Positions 1 to 8,960 of a stretch of DNA of 32,000 bases are shown one piece after another (positions within the stretch are counted from its first letter, which is position 1; the number at the start of each line of letters is the position of its first letter). This DNA is from Haloquadratum walsbyi C23 (GTDB lineage: Archaea > Halobacteriota > Halobacteria > Halobacteriales > Haloferacaceae). The stretch is from NCBI RefSeq assembly GCF_000237865.1, contig NC_017459.1, positions 300,001-332,000 of the forward strand, read 5' to 3'. The translations under genes were made by a program, and so were the position numbers. The notes below the pieces were generated by a model. It made no database searches. It was not told the origin of the DNA and worked only from the letters and a program-made list of their open reading frames with translations.

Positions 1-1317
1 TTATTCGATAAAATCGGCGTCCTCATCTGGGAATGGGACCTCAGTCCGAGTAGCTGTCTCAGCCTCATCTGTCTCTGCGTTCGACCCTGTATCCGTCTCA
101 ACACTTTCAGCGGCGTTCACGCGACCATTGCCGTCAGTATCGACGCGCATTCCCTCAACACCTTGTGCATTTGACTGTGCAGCGGTATCAGATGAACCGT
201 ATATCTGTGGTGATTCGACGCCAGTAACGACAATCATTGTCCGCATTGTTCCATCAAGATCATCATCAACAGACGTTCCCCAGATAATTCGTGCATCAGG
301 GTGAATCCGGTTGTGGATTTCCTCAACAACGCCTTCAGCCTCTTCAATACTCATGTCCGATCCACCAGTGACATTCACAAGTGCTGAGTTTGCACTTGAA
401 ATATCGACATCAAGCAGCGGTGAGCGAAGCGCACTCTTAACTGAATCTTGTGCTTTTGATTCTGAATCAGACTCACCAAGTCCGATCATCGCAACCCCGC
501 CACGCTGCATGACTGTCTTGACATCCGCAAAGTCGAGATTAACGAGCCCTGGCTTTGTAATGAGCTCTGTAATCCCCTTGACAGAACGCATTAACACCTC
601 ATCCGAGACTTTGAATGCCTGTCTGACGGGAAGTTTTCCAACAGAATCCAAGAGTCGATCATTTGGGACGACAATCACAGTATCGGCAACATCACGAAGT
701 CGTTCGAGACCTGCCTCAGCATTTGTTCGTCGGACTTCACCCTCAGCGGTAAACGGTGTTGTCACAATAGCAATCGTGAGCGCATTTGACTCACGAGCTG
801 CTTTTGCAACGACTGGTGCTGAACCAGTACCGGTACCACCTCCAAGACCAGCGGTGACAAAAACCATATCTGATCCTTCGATTGCGTTATAAATCTCCTC
901 TTGAGATTCAATTGCTGCTTCTTCACCGACCTGTGGGAGTGAGCCTGCCCCACGACCCTGGGTTTTCTGCTCACCCATGAGGATCTTCGTATCTGATTCA
1001 ATCTCAACAAGATGCTGGACATCGGTGTTTGCAGCAACAAGTGTTGCTCCTTCAATCCCTTCTTGATGCATCCGGTCAACGGTGTTTCCTCCGGCTCCAC
1101 CGCAACCGACGACGGTAATGTCGGTCTGGAGATCCTCAAGAACATCCTGGAGTTCATCATCAGTCATTGTCCCGCTTTGTGAGAGCCCATCATTGGTCGC
1201 ACCCGTGTCGGCAGTTGATTCAGACTCGGGCTCGGCCTCGACCGCGGCTCCGTCGACGGCGTCCCCACCTCCTGTTTTCTCAGCTTCATCTATTGCGTCG
1301 TCGACGATGGAGTCCAT
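1..1317 (-). CDS. ftsZ: Cell division GTPase FtsZ (tubulin/FtsZ family)
   Basis: ORF 1..1341(-). The protein has the GCGGAGGN loop, NTDVQHL and the FtsZ signature [13 protein letters not shown]. Stop TAA at 1-3. The track start at 1341 is GTG. I prefer the ATG at 1317 (MDSIVDD) because an A/T box (plus-strand cttaattatc, 1344-1353) lies about 30 nt upstream of it, which fits a leaderless or short-leader archaeal mRNA. Confidence 0.95.
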   Translation of the reverse strand: MDSIVDDAIDEAEKTGGGDAVDGAAVEAEPESESTADTGATNDGLSQSGTMTDDELQDVLEDLQTDITVVGCGGAGGNTVDRMHQEGIEGATLVAANTDVQHLVEIESDTKILMGEQKTQGRGAGSLPQVGEEAAIESQEEIYNAIEGSDMVFVTAGLGGGTGTGSAPVVAKAARESNALTIAIVTTPFTAEGEVRRTNAEAGLERLRDVADTVIVVPNDRLLDSVGKLPVRQAFKVSDEVLMRSVKGITELITKPGLVNLDFADVKTVMQRGGVAMIGLGESDSESKAQDSVKSALRSPLLDVDISSANSALVNVTGGSDMSIEEAEGVVEEIHNRIHPDARIIWGTSVDDDLDGTMRTMIVVTGVESPQIYGSSDTAAQSNAQGVEGMRVDTDGNGRVNAAESVETDTGSNAETDEAETATRTEVPFPDEDADFIE

Positions 1318-1550
1318 GATATAACCGTTCGTATCAAACACAGCTTAATTATCTTTCCCCTTGATGTCAGACAGACGGCTGACATTAATGATCAATTCAA
1401 TAACAGTTTAGCAGTTTGTGGGTGATAATCTGTCTCCAAGCACGGTGTTCGTAAGTGAGTGAGCGTATTATACTCGTAATTAATACCCTGAGATCAGTAT
1501 CCTCGATAGTGTTCATACCCCTCACACAGATTCGAACACCGGAGCCGATA

Positions 1551-3101
1551 CTATGATGATGAGGATGAGGATGAAGATGAGGCTGAGGTAGAGAATACCG
1601 GAAATGTGACTGTCTCCGTTGTATGGACTGCTTCTGGGTCAATAGTCCGTCCCGCAACTGTCACTGATTCACCAGCGGCAAGACGACCAAATGCTGGACC
1701 TTCAGGGACGTCCAATGTTGCCGCCTTTGCAGGGTCAAAGACCTGACGCCTCACGCGGAGTGTTTCATCGGTCCGCTCAACCCGGTCATACTTCAATTTA
1801 AGAATATCTATCAGCGCATGAGTAATTGACTCAACCGAGAGATAATCAGAGACAATCATACGTCCAGTTGGTCTTGTCCCACCTTCAGTTGTCTCAAATG
1901 CGAGTGTGTGCTTAGAGAACACCTGGTTTGTTGTCTCAATATCGATTCCGGTAATCGTCTCCATGAGTGATGTTGGAAACGCGAGTACCACAGCATCCGC
2001 ACCAGCCCAGTCTATTGCATCCCGAATATTATGACTGTCTTCGCTTTCAGTTCTCTCTGCATCGACGTTATGATTCGTTCCAGTATCAATATCACTTGAT
2101 TCCTTTGTGTGAATTGTTCCAACCGCGTCATTATCTGTGTGTCTATCAGTGATAACAAATTCATCAGACGTCGTAGGGTCATATTCTGTTGCAGGGGTTC
2201 CTAGACGGAGCCCTGCGGCTATCGGAACAAGGGCATTTTCAAGAGCGCTGACCATTGGGCGAGAGACGCCAGTGGTCTCTCGAAGCCATCTCTCCTGGAC
2301 AACGCGGATATCGGCTTGGCTAATCACTTTCGTTAGCTCTGGACGATCATCAGCAACAAGTGCAACATCTGCATCTGATGCGGTCACTGCATGATTGATA
2401 ATATCACGATTCGCTGCTGGCGCACCCATTGAATCGAGTGCCCAGTCAGCACCGATATGACCGACAACCCAGTCTGTTTCTCGAATAATACGCTCGAATC
2501 GCGGTGCATAATGTCCACCCCCAAACCCAACCACGGTTCGGTCAGTCTCGACATTAGCTGGTGCATCTTCACCTGAGAGCTCAAGAATCGCTTGTGCGAC
2601 TGCATGTGCGCCATCAGGATCATTCCACTCCGTTTCACTACTCCCCAGTTCAACAAAAAGTGACGGCGCGCCTACGGTGGTTGGACCATGATGCGTACAT
2701 TCAATACCAACGTCATATTTCGATGGAGCATACCAATCAAATGCTTCAAGCAGTGTCTGTTGTATCATCGGACAAGCCTGTGCAAATGAACCAGGTTCTC
2801 CACCATATTCCGCCGGACCAAAATTACCAGTGAAATGTGTGGTTAAAAGCGGTCCTGTATCGCCACTATGTCGTGAGAGAAATGCAATAATTTGTGGTGT
2901 CGTCGAGAATAATTCAGACGCATTTTCAGCTTCAAGATGCCACTCATCAATCGTGCGCATTTCGAAATCATCATATTGTTCATATTCGTCGCCAGCAGCG
3001 TCACGGTGAGATTCCCACTCGACAAGTTCATGCAGCTGATCACTAATCGTAACAGAGGCAGCATCAGCACTGCTCACGACAAGACCAATCACAGTGGGCA
3101 T
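1551..3101 (-). CDS. dtdA: D-aminoacyl-tRNA deacylase, archaeal DtdA type, with an acidic insertion and a poly-Ser C-terminal tail
   Basis: 516 aa ORF. The N-terminus VIGLVVSSADAAS and the GFGGGHYAPRF motif match the archaeal DtdA family as I recall it. The acidic composition is typical of haloarchaea. Confidence 0.8.
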   Translation of the reverse strand: MPTVIGLVVSSADAASVTISDQLHELVEWESHRDAAGDEYEQYDDFEMRTIDEWHLEAENASELFSTTPQIIAFLSRHSGDTGPLLTTHFTGNFGPAEYGGEPGSFAQACPMIQQTLLEAFDWYAPSKYDVGIECTHHGPTTVGAPSLFVELGSSETEWNDPDGAHAVAQAILELSGEDAPANVETDRTVVGFGGGHYAPRFERIIRETDWVVGHIGADWALDSMGAPAANRDIINHAVTASDADVALVADDRPELTKVISQADIRVVQERWLRETTGVSRPMVSALENALVPIAAGLRLGTPATEYDPTTSDEFVITDRHTDNDAVGTIHTKESSDIDTGTNHNVDAERTESEDSHNIRDAIDWAGADAVVLAFPTSLMETITGIDIETTNQVFSKHTLAFETTEGGTRPTGRMIVSDYLSVESITHALIDILKLKYDRVERTDETLRVRRQVFDPAKAATLDVPEGPAFGRLAAGESVTVAGRTIDPEAVHTTETVTFPVFSTSASSSSSSSSS

Positions 3102-3333
3102 TCGATAATGATAAAGTAAAACTCATCGAATGAAAGCAAACAAGATCAATTAATGAATTATCAGATCACCAGGTCATCAGGTTATCATGTCAGTACCCCT
3201 CACCCTGATTTACTCACTGAAGATATCAGGGTTAGTTCATCCCTTCTAAGAGAGAAATCACAGTCAATGAGAGCATGGAGTGGCGAGAAAAGACGAATAG
3301 ACATACCCACATTGTCATGAATATCGGTTCCAA

Positions 3334-3354
3334 TACCGATACCGATACCGATAC
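3334..3354. repeat. Hexanucleotide tandem repeat (TACCGA) x3.5, with an adjacent inverted copy (tatcggt, 3322-3328)
   Basis: Read directly: ataccgataccgataccgataca, about 40-60 nt upstream of the aroE ATG. tatcggt/accgata can form a 7 bp hairpin in alternative registers. Confidence 0.8.
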
Positions 3355-3395
3355 AGAAATTGTATTGATGTTACCAAACTAAAGAGGATACACGA

Positions 3396-4214
3396 ATGGA
3401 CATCTATGGATTAATCGGGAATCCAGTTGAGCACTCATTATCACCACCAATGCATGAGGCAGCATATGACGCACGCGGAATTGACGCACGATATGTGACA
3501 TTTGAGCCGACGAAGGATACTCTTGAGACCGCAATTAACGGTGCTAATGCGCTTGATATTGCTGGAATCAACGTCACAATTCCATTTAAGCAGGATGTGC
3601 TTAATCATATCATTCCCGATGATATTGCTCGCGAGGTTGGCGCCGTAAATACAATCAAATTTCACGATGGTGAAACACCGCGTGGATATAATACCGATGT
3701 CGCAGGTGTCAAACGGGCGTTTCAACATCATAATATCAGCATAGACGGATACGATGCTGTCGTCGTTGGTGCTGGAGGTGCTGGGCGGGCTGCTGCCTTT
3801 GCACTTGCTGATGCCGGTGCACATGTTCATATCGCAAATCGGACTGTCGAGCGTGCTGAGACGATTGCTACAGATATTGGTGGGCAAGCAACTGCTGGCG
3901 GGCTTGACACCCGTGATGAAATTTCTGATGCAGATATATTGCTCAATGCAACGAGTGTCGGGATGGATCCAGACAGTGATCAAACTCCGGTTCCACAGTC
4001 ATATTTACACGATGGATTAGTCGTACTTGATGCAGTATATACCCCCATCGAAACCCGATTACTCCGCGAAGCTACCGCAGCAGGTGCAACGACAATTGAC
4101 GGGGCATGGATGCTTTTATATCAGGGTGTTGTTGCATTCGAGATTTGGACCGAGCAGGATGCGCCAATTCAACAGATGAATGCTGCGCTTAGAGCAGAAC
4201 TCGAAGATGCGTGA
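3396..4214 (+). CDS. aroE: Shikimate 5-dehydrogenase
   Basis: 272 aa. The N-terminus [27 protein letters not shown], the NTD motif and the Rossmann loop [15 protein letters not shown] are classic AroE features. Confidence 0.93.
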   Translation: MDIYGLIGNPVEHSLSPPMHEAAYDARGIDARYVTFEPTKDTLETAINGANALDIAGINVTIPFKQDVLNHIIPDDIAREVGAVNTIKFHDGETPRGYNTDVAGVKRAFQHHNISIDGYDAVVVGAGGAGRAAAFALADAGAHVHIANRTVERAETIATDIGGQATAGGLDTRDEISDADILLNATSVGMDPDSDQTPVPQSYLHDGLVVLDAVYTPIETRLLREATAAGATTIDGAWMLLYQGVVAFEIWTEQDAPIQQMNAALRAELEDA

Positions 4215-4498
4215 TGAACTTCCCCAGTTTATCTATATTCCATAACATACAGATCTAGATCAGATCTTTGCAGAATGAGCTAGCCCAAATTGACTGGCTG
4301 AATAATTCTCTTCGCTGATCAGATAATATTCAAGAGTGTGGTCACCGATCTATTTGTGCACAGCTCCGAGAGTACTATTCACATCATCGTTATCATATTT
4401 TCTTCGAATCCACCCAATTCCACTGCATGTAATCGATACAGGAAGTACGACTCAAAACTCGATATCAGCGAATCATAATTGTTTCAATATTCTGAGAA

Positions 4499-4512
4499 TT
4501 TATTTAAATATA
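4499..4512 (+). promoter_or_regulatory. TATA-box-like element for the 4534 gene (predicts a leaderless transcript)
   Basis: tttatttaaatata is centred about 29 nt upstream of the ATG at 4534. Archaeal TATA boxes sit about 26-27 nt upstream of the transcription start. Confidence 0.45.
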
Positions 4513-4533
4513 CACCAGGCATATCTGATAAAT

Positions 4534-5376
4534 ATGAGCATATTTAATACTGTCATATCCGCAATCCGATCATTATTCGGTGAGAGTGATCGTGACAGAC
4601 AGTCAGCAGCAGAACCGTCATCACGTGGAACAGTCTCAGTTGAGTATGATCCATCCGATGAAGAGACAAATAGTACTGTTGGTTCTGACAGCGACGCTGG
4701 TGTAGATTCACATGAGGAAGCCGTGTCAACATCTTCGTCTGGTGATGATATTATTCCAGAGCCGAAATACGACACAGAACCAAGCCCAGATGCATCAACA
4801 GAAGCGACAGTCAAAGGGACTGACATCAACGTCGAGTCACAAGCCAGCAATGATACCGATACCAGTATTGATGATCCCGCTGATAGCCATCCTGCAGCGA
4901 CTGAGACCGATGCGTCAGCATCGACAGGTTCACTTGTTGAGGATGCGACTGGAAAAGAGCCCGCAGAGGCAGTAGGGACAGCTACTAGTAATACCGATAC
5001 TGAGCGCATGGACGATTCTGATACCAATTCAAATACAGAGACACCGACTGATGCGGTCGGAACTGAAACCGATGCATCAGCATCGACAGCCTCACTCATC
5101 AATGAGGCAACTGGGAAGGAACCTGCAGAAACGGTCGTGTCCACCGGAACAACCGAGCAACAAGATGAAACTCCGGATACTACTGTTGGAAGATCAGTTC
5201 AGGAAATAACTGGAATCGGCTCGGCGTATGAAGAAAGGCTCTCAGATGCTGGTGTTGATTCAGTTGCAGATCTTGCTGCTTCAGAGCCCACAGTACTTGC
5301 TGAAGCGACTGATATCGCTGAGACGCGTATTGCACGATGGATTGATCAGACAAAGACGGACGGAGAGGCGGAGTGA
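4534..5376 (+). CDS. Highly acidic, low-complexity protein with a C-terminal helix-hairpin-helix motif (function unknown)
   Basis: The track ORF is 4336..5376, but its first 66 codons are non-acidic and cover the TATA-like box. I place the start at ATG 4534 (MSIFNTVISAIRSLFG). There are two internal repeats (TETDASASTGSLVEDATGKEPAEAV and TETDASASTASLINEATGKEPAETV). The C-terminus ITGIGSAYEERLSDAGVDSVADLA is HhH-like. The stop overlaps the next gene's start (GTGA). Confidence 0.7.
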   Translation: MSIFNTVISAIRSLFGESDRDRQSAAEPSSRGTVSVEYDPSDEETNSTVGSDSDAGVDSHEEAVSTSSSGDDIIPEPKYDTEPSPDASTEATVKGTDINVESQASNDTDTSIDDPADSHPAATETDASASTGSLVEDATGKEPAEAVGTATSNTDTERMDDSDTNSNTETPTDAVGTETDASASTASLINEATGKEPAETVVSTGTTEQQDETPDTTVGRSVQEITGIGSAYEERLSDAGVDSVADLAASEPTVLAEATDIAETRIARWIDQTKTDGEAE

Positions 5377-6296
5377 GTCGCAATCGCTCTATATCTGACT
5401 CTCCATTATACGCGCATGTTGATAATGAACTTGTTCCCATGGAAGATGCGACGGTTAGCATTCGTGATCGGGGATTTATGTATGGTGATGGTGTCTTTGA
5501 GACACTTCGAGCGTATGGTGGTGAGGTATTCCGATGGAAAGCACACGCCAACCGTCTTGCGGACTCCGCAAGCGCAATTAATCTTGAACACGGACTTTCA
5601 CGGGCGACACTCAAGAATCGAATTGATGAAACGCTCACCGCCAATAATCTTGATGAGGCTTATGTTAAACTCTCTATAACACGTGGAGTGCAACCAGGGA
5701 AATTAAATCCCGACCCAACTGTTGACCCAACCGTTGTTGTCCAAACGAGCCCACTGCCGCGTGGTGGAGTCAACAGCAACCCAGTATGGGATGGCCCAGC
5801 GACATTGCAGACGGTAAAGACACGGCGGATCCCAGATCGCGCTCTTCCTTCGCATGCAAAAACGCATAATTACCTCAATGGAATCCTTGCACGAGCAGAA
5901 TTACGCGTGAGTGATGCCGACGAAGCGGTGATGCTTGATACAGATGGGCAACTCGCAGAGGGTGCAACTGGTAATATCTTTTTTGTTGATGGAGATGCGC
6001 TTTGCACGCCAAGCCTTGATGGACCGATTCTCCCAGGCATAACTCGGTCAACTGTTCTTGATATTGCTGCTGAGGAGGGAATTCCAATCCGTGAGGATAG
6101 CTTTGATATTAATACTCTACGTGAGGCTGAAGAAGCGTTTGTCACGAACACAACTTGGGAAATACGACCAGTTAAGACGATTGACGGTATCGATATTGGG
6201 CGCGGACCACTCACCACACTGCTCCAGCAAGCATTTCAAAACCGAGTCGAAAAACGATATTACGATACACATAGGGAGGTCCCAAACGAAGAGTAA
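5373..6296 (+). CDS. Class IV (fold type IV) PLP aminotransferase: branched-chain aminotransferase or aminodeoxychorismate lyase type
   Basis: 307 aa. RGFMYGDGVFETLRAY and the catalytic-Lys context HAKTHNYLNGILA are typical of IlvE/PabC-like enzymes. GTG start overlaps the upstream stop by 4 nt. I cannot separate IlvE from PabC by eye. Confidence 0.88.
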   Translation: MSRNRSISDSPLYAHVDNELVPMEDATVSIRDRGFMYGDGVFETLRAYGGEVFRWKAHANRLADSASAINLEHGLSRATLKNRIDETLTANNLDEAYVKLSITRGVQPGKLNPDPTVDPTVVVQTSPLPRGGVNSNPVWDGPATLQTVKTRRIPDRALPSHAKTHNYLNGILARAELRVSDADEAVMLDTDGQLAEGATGNIFFVDGDALCTPSLDGPILPGITRSTVLDIAAEEGIPIREDSFDINTLREAEEAFVTNTTWEIRPVKTIDGIDIGRGPLTTLLQQAFQNRVEKRYYDTHREVPNEE

Positions 6297-6350
6297 CCAT
6301 CTCTGACATGGAATACTACCCGGTGCTTACCGTTAAGCTTGAATTCAGTC

Positions 6351-6779
6351 ATGTCCTATATACAACAGATGAATGATTCATGCCGGATAGCTTCGAGTGA
6401 AGATGTATCAAAGGATGAAACACTTGTATTTACTGCCTCAGCAGGATTTGATACGACGGAGGGAATTCTCACCCGTCTTTCTGATGATACAATTGTTGCG
6501 TATACGAATTACTGTCCACACTGGCGTGATGTTCGTCTTGACTCAGGATCAGGGGCACTCGTTCGCGATGAGACGGTTGTCTGTCAGAAACATGGAGCAA
6601 CATTTGAGAAATCGACCGGACACTGCGATTTCGGACCATGTGAAGGAGCTGTGTTAGATACGTTTGATATAACAGTCACAGATGGTACAGTGTACCTGAC
6701 TGATAATGAATGGGAAGAGGCTACCCAAGGAGTATCTGAGGACCGTGACCTTTCTTCAGGGACTCAGATTGGATTCTGA
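6351..6779 (+). CDS. Rieske [2Fe-2S] domain protein
   Basis: The CPHWRD ... CQKHGATF motifs (CxH ... CxxH) are the Rieske cluster ligands. The track start at 6339 is TTG, so I prefer the ATG at 6351. Confidence 0.8.
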   Translation: MSYIQQMNDSCRIASSEDVSKDETLVFTASAGFDTTEGILTRLSDDTIVAYTNYCPHWRDVRLDSGSGALVRDETVVCQKHGATFEKSTGHCDFGPCEGAVLDTFDITVTDGTVYLTDNEWEEATQGVSEDRDLSSGTQIGF

Positions 6780-6971
6780 CGTTTACACAGTACAAGGAGA
6801 ATCGAGCTAAGTGCCTTGAGGTTTCGAATGTGATCTTGAGATACTTCTTGGATCACAAACACTGTGGGGGTATACAACATTTTTTGAATCATGTTTATGT
6901 GCAGACGGTACAAGATTACCGCCCCCGAGGCTTGATTGTGGTGAGTTCACGAATATGACTGATACCCATCT

Positions 6972-6980
6972 AAAAAAATA
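6972..6980 (-). terminator. Oligo-T tract immediately 3' of the tRNA
   Basis: On the minus strand the tRNA 3' end is followed by C-TATTTTTTTA. Archaeal RNA polymerase terminates at T-runs. Confidence 0.5.
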
Positions 6981-6981
6981 G

Positions 6982-7056
6982 TAGCGGGAGGTAGATTTGA
7001 ACTACCGATCTCCGGGTTATGAGCCCGGCGGAATCTCCTGGCTATCCCATCCCGCT
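6982..7056 (-). tRNA. Initiator tRNA-Met (anticodon CAT), no encoded CCA
   Basis: The reverse complement folds by hand into a cloverleaf:
- acceptor stem AGCGGGA/TCCCGCT
- anticodon arm CCGGG-CTCATAA-CCCGG
- T arm GGTAG-TTCAAAT-CTACC
- 5 nt variable loop
The A1:U72 pair and three G:C pairs closing the anticodon stem are archaeal initiator hallmarks. Confidence 0.93.
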
Positions 7057-7125
7057 AATTAAGAAACAATCAGCTATCCTGTTAAGGATTGTGTTTCGAC
7101 TGTTGTGTGGTAGTTTGTTCTTAAA

Positions 7126-7605
7126 TCATGACCGTGTGACGCGCCATGTAAGAAGACTCTCAGCTATGTAATTTATTCCGAGTGAGCCGGCAATCGCAAT
7201 TGGAATTGGAATTAGTTGCCAAACATCAAATCCAGCAATAAGTATCGTAATCTCAAATTGACGAAGTGCACGAACAATTAAAAACTGGACGGCTAATCCA
7301 CCACTCCTGACGAGATTTGAGCGAAAAAATCGACTTATTGTTGGAGCAATTCCTGGAGCACCCATATCTGCGAACGTCCATCGTTCGTTCACCGCAAACA
7401 TCACAATAATTGCAACTTCCGCTCCGAGAAGTTTGGCGTACTCATCAAGTAAATCAAAAATAACGATAAGCGCTGTAGTCGTCATAATATCAAAAACGGC
7501 TCCAAGAGCCCCTACCGAAATGAATTTTCCGAATCGAATGCGTGAAAAAAGCGCATTGACAATACCATGATCACGACCACGACCACGACCTCGACCCATT
7601 CTCAC
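7126..7605 (-). CDS. GtrA-like small polytopic membrane protein (putative lipid-linked sugar translocase family)
   Basis: 159 aa with four hydrophobic segments. FGKFISVGALGAVFD, NERWTF and the C-terminal WRV resemble the GtrA family. The (GR)4 N-terminus is encoded by a hexanucleotide repeat. The start (GTG 7605 or ATG 7599) abuts or overlaps the GT2 stop. Confidence 0.78.
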   Translation of the reverse strand: MRMGRGRGRGRDHGIVNALFSRIRFGKFISVGALGAVFDIMTTTALIVIFDLLDEYAKLLGAEVAIIVMFAVNERWTFADMGAPGIAPTISRFFRSNLVRSGGLAVQFLIVRALRQFEITILIAGFDVWQLIPIPIAIAGSLGINYIAESLLTWRVTRS

Positions 7606-8678
7606 CCTACCTCAATCGAACTTTGATCTGTTGTGTCGATATTAACATTCACATCAGCCTCAGCCTCAGCCTCAGCATCTATAGTAATATTAGTTGCTCT
7701 CTCGCTCAGCGCCGTCGGCTTAGATGTAGCAACCGAGTCAATGACTGGCTGTGATGATGACCTTTCGATTGATGCAAGAAGCCGATGAACTGGGTCATGA
7801 GCAAGCGCTCGTGCACGATGACGTGCTGTAACAAGGACACGACCAAGCCTGAGTGCTGTCCGAAGGGGTGAAACAGTTGACCCAGGTTGGTCTTCCCACC
7901 GAACAGGCACCTCAGCGACTTGATATCCAAGTCCACCGCTGATTGCTAACAGCTCAATATCCCACGCGAACCCAGAGGCATAAATATGTGACCGAACTGC
8001 CTGCCATGCATCTGTGGTGATCGCTTTTGCACCGCATTGATAATCATATAATTGTTCATCAAGCAGTCGACGAGCGAGCCATGCAAACCCATCACCAAGA
8101 TATCTTCGCCCTAATGTCTGATGTGCAGTGACATCAGCTGATGGATGTCGTCGCGAGCCCGTTGCGACATCGGCAGTATCATTGATTAACGCCCTCAAAA
8201 CAGTCTCGAATGATGATGCTGGCGTACTGCCATCTGCATCCGCAAATGCAAGTATATCAATAGTTGACGCAGGAGGCGTTGTTGTCAGATTGATAGTTAC
8301 GTCTGTATCTCGATCAAATCCTGGATCAATATTTGATCTTTCGGTCGTCTCATTATTACTCGTAACTGTCGTTGTTGTTGAATTCGCAGTTGTGTTTGTA
8401 CATGCACATAATCTCTCAAATCCAGCAGTGATTGCTGCTCCCTTTCCTCGACGAGTATCAGCAATTGCAATTTCAACAGATGCAGTAAACGTCGAGTTAG
8501 AAAGCCGTGAGTAAAGCTGCTTGAGTAATGATGAAGAAGGGGCGTCAAGCTCAATTCGAAGGACAGCCGGTGATGGTGTCACCTGTGTGTCGAGCTGTTG
8601 AAGATATGAGGTGAGACGTTCGGGATCAGGCTGATAAGCCGGAATGACAACCCCGATAGAGCGAGTCATCATATGCAA
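7602..8678 (-). CDS. Family 2 glycosyltransferase, polyprenol/dolichol-phosphate hexose synthase-like (GtrB/Dpm1-like)
   Basis: 358 aa. IGVVIPAYQPDPERL, AFADADGSTP (DxD region) and CGAKA are GT2 motifs. It carries a T/N-rich insertion and an (AE)4 C-terminal repeat. Confidence 0.85.
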   Translation of the reverse strand: MHMMTRSIGVVIPAYQPDPERLTSYLQQLDTQVTPSPAVLRIELDAPSSSLLKQLYSRLSNSTFTASVEIAIADTRRGKGAAITAGFERLCACTNTTANSTTTTVTSNNETTERSNIDPGFDRDTDVTINLTTTPPASTIDILAFADADGSTPASSFETVLRALINDTADVATGSRRHPSADVTAHQTLGRRYLGDGFAWLARRLLDEQLYDYQCGAKAITTDAWQAVRSHIYASGFAWDIELLAISGGLGYQVAEVPVRWEDQPGSTVSPLRTALRLGRVLVTARHRARALAHDPVHRLLASIERSSSQPVIDSVATSKPTALSERATNITIDAEAEAEADVNVNIDTTDQSSIEVG

Positions 8679-8960
8679 TATCTTCGGTGGTGTAAAAAAG
8701 AACCCGCTCTTTGTATGAATTCAAAACATAATATGGATTTGATTCAAATCAATGAAATTTGAGTATCATAATCCATACCGAAATATGGATCCAAGGGATA
8801 TGTATAAAACCACAGATATAAACATAAATCGCATACAACCAGATATATCGATTGACTGAACAGACGTCATGCACCTATATCGGTCAGAGCAAGCAATCTG
8901 GAATATGGTCTTAATCATTGAGATACCTGATATGCAATCACAACATCTATTCTACAACTG

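Noticed and set aside
311-1324. Plus-strand ORFs 311..892 and 1082..1324, and minus ORF 762..1160, inside ftsZ
   Set aside because: They are shadow frames of a very well supported gene. Their S/T/P-rich or basic composition is unlike the acidic proteome, and they have no motifs.
4336-4533. 5' extension of the 4336..5376 ORF (66 extra codons)
   Set aside because: The extension is hydrophobic and basic, unlike the rest of the protein. It contains the TATA-like box that fits the ATG at 4534.
4500-5144. 214 aa minus-strand ORF antisense to the acidic HhH protein
   Set aside because: It is the mirror image of a low-complexity GA-rich coding repeat. Its S/V/A-rich translation is an artefact of the sense-strand composition.
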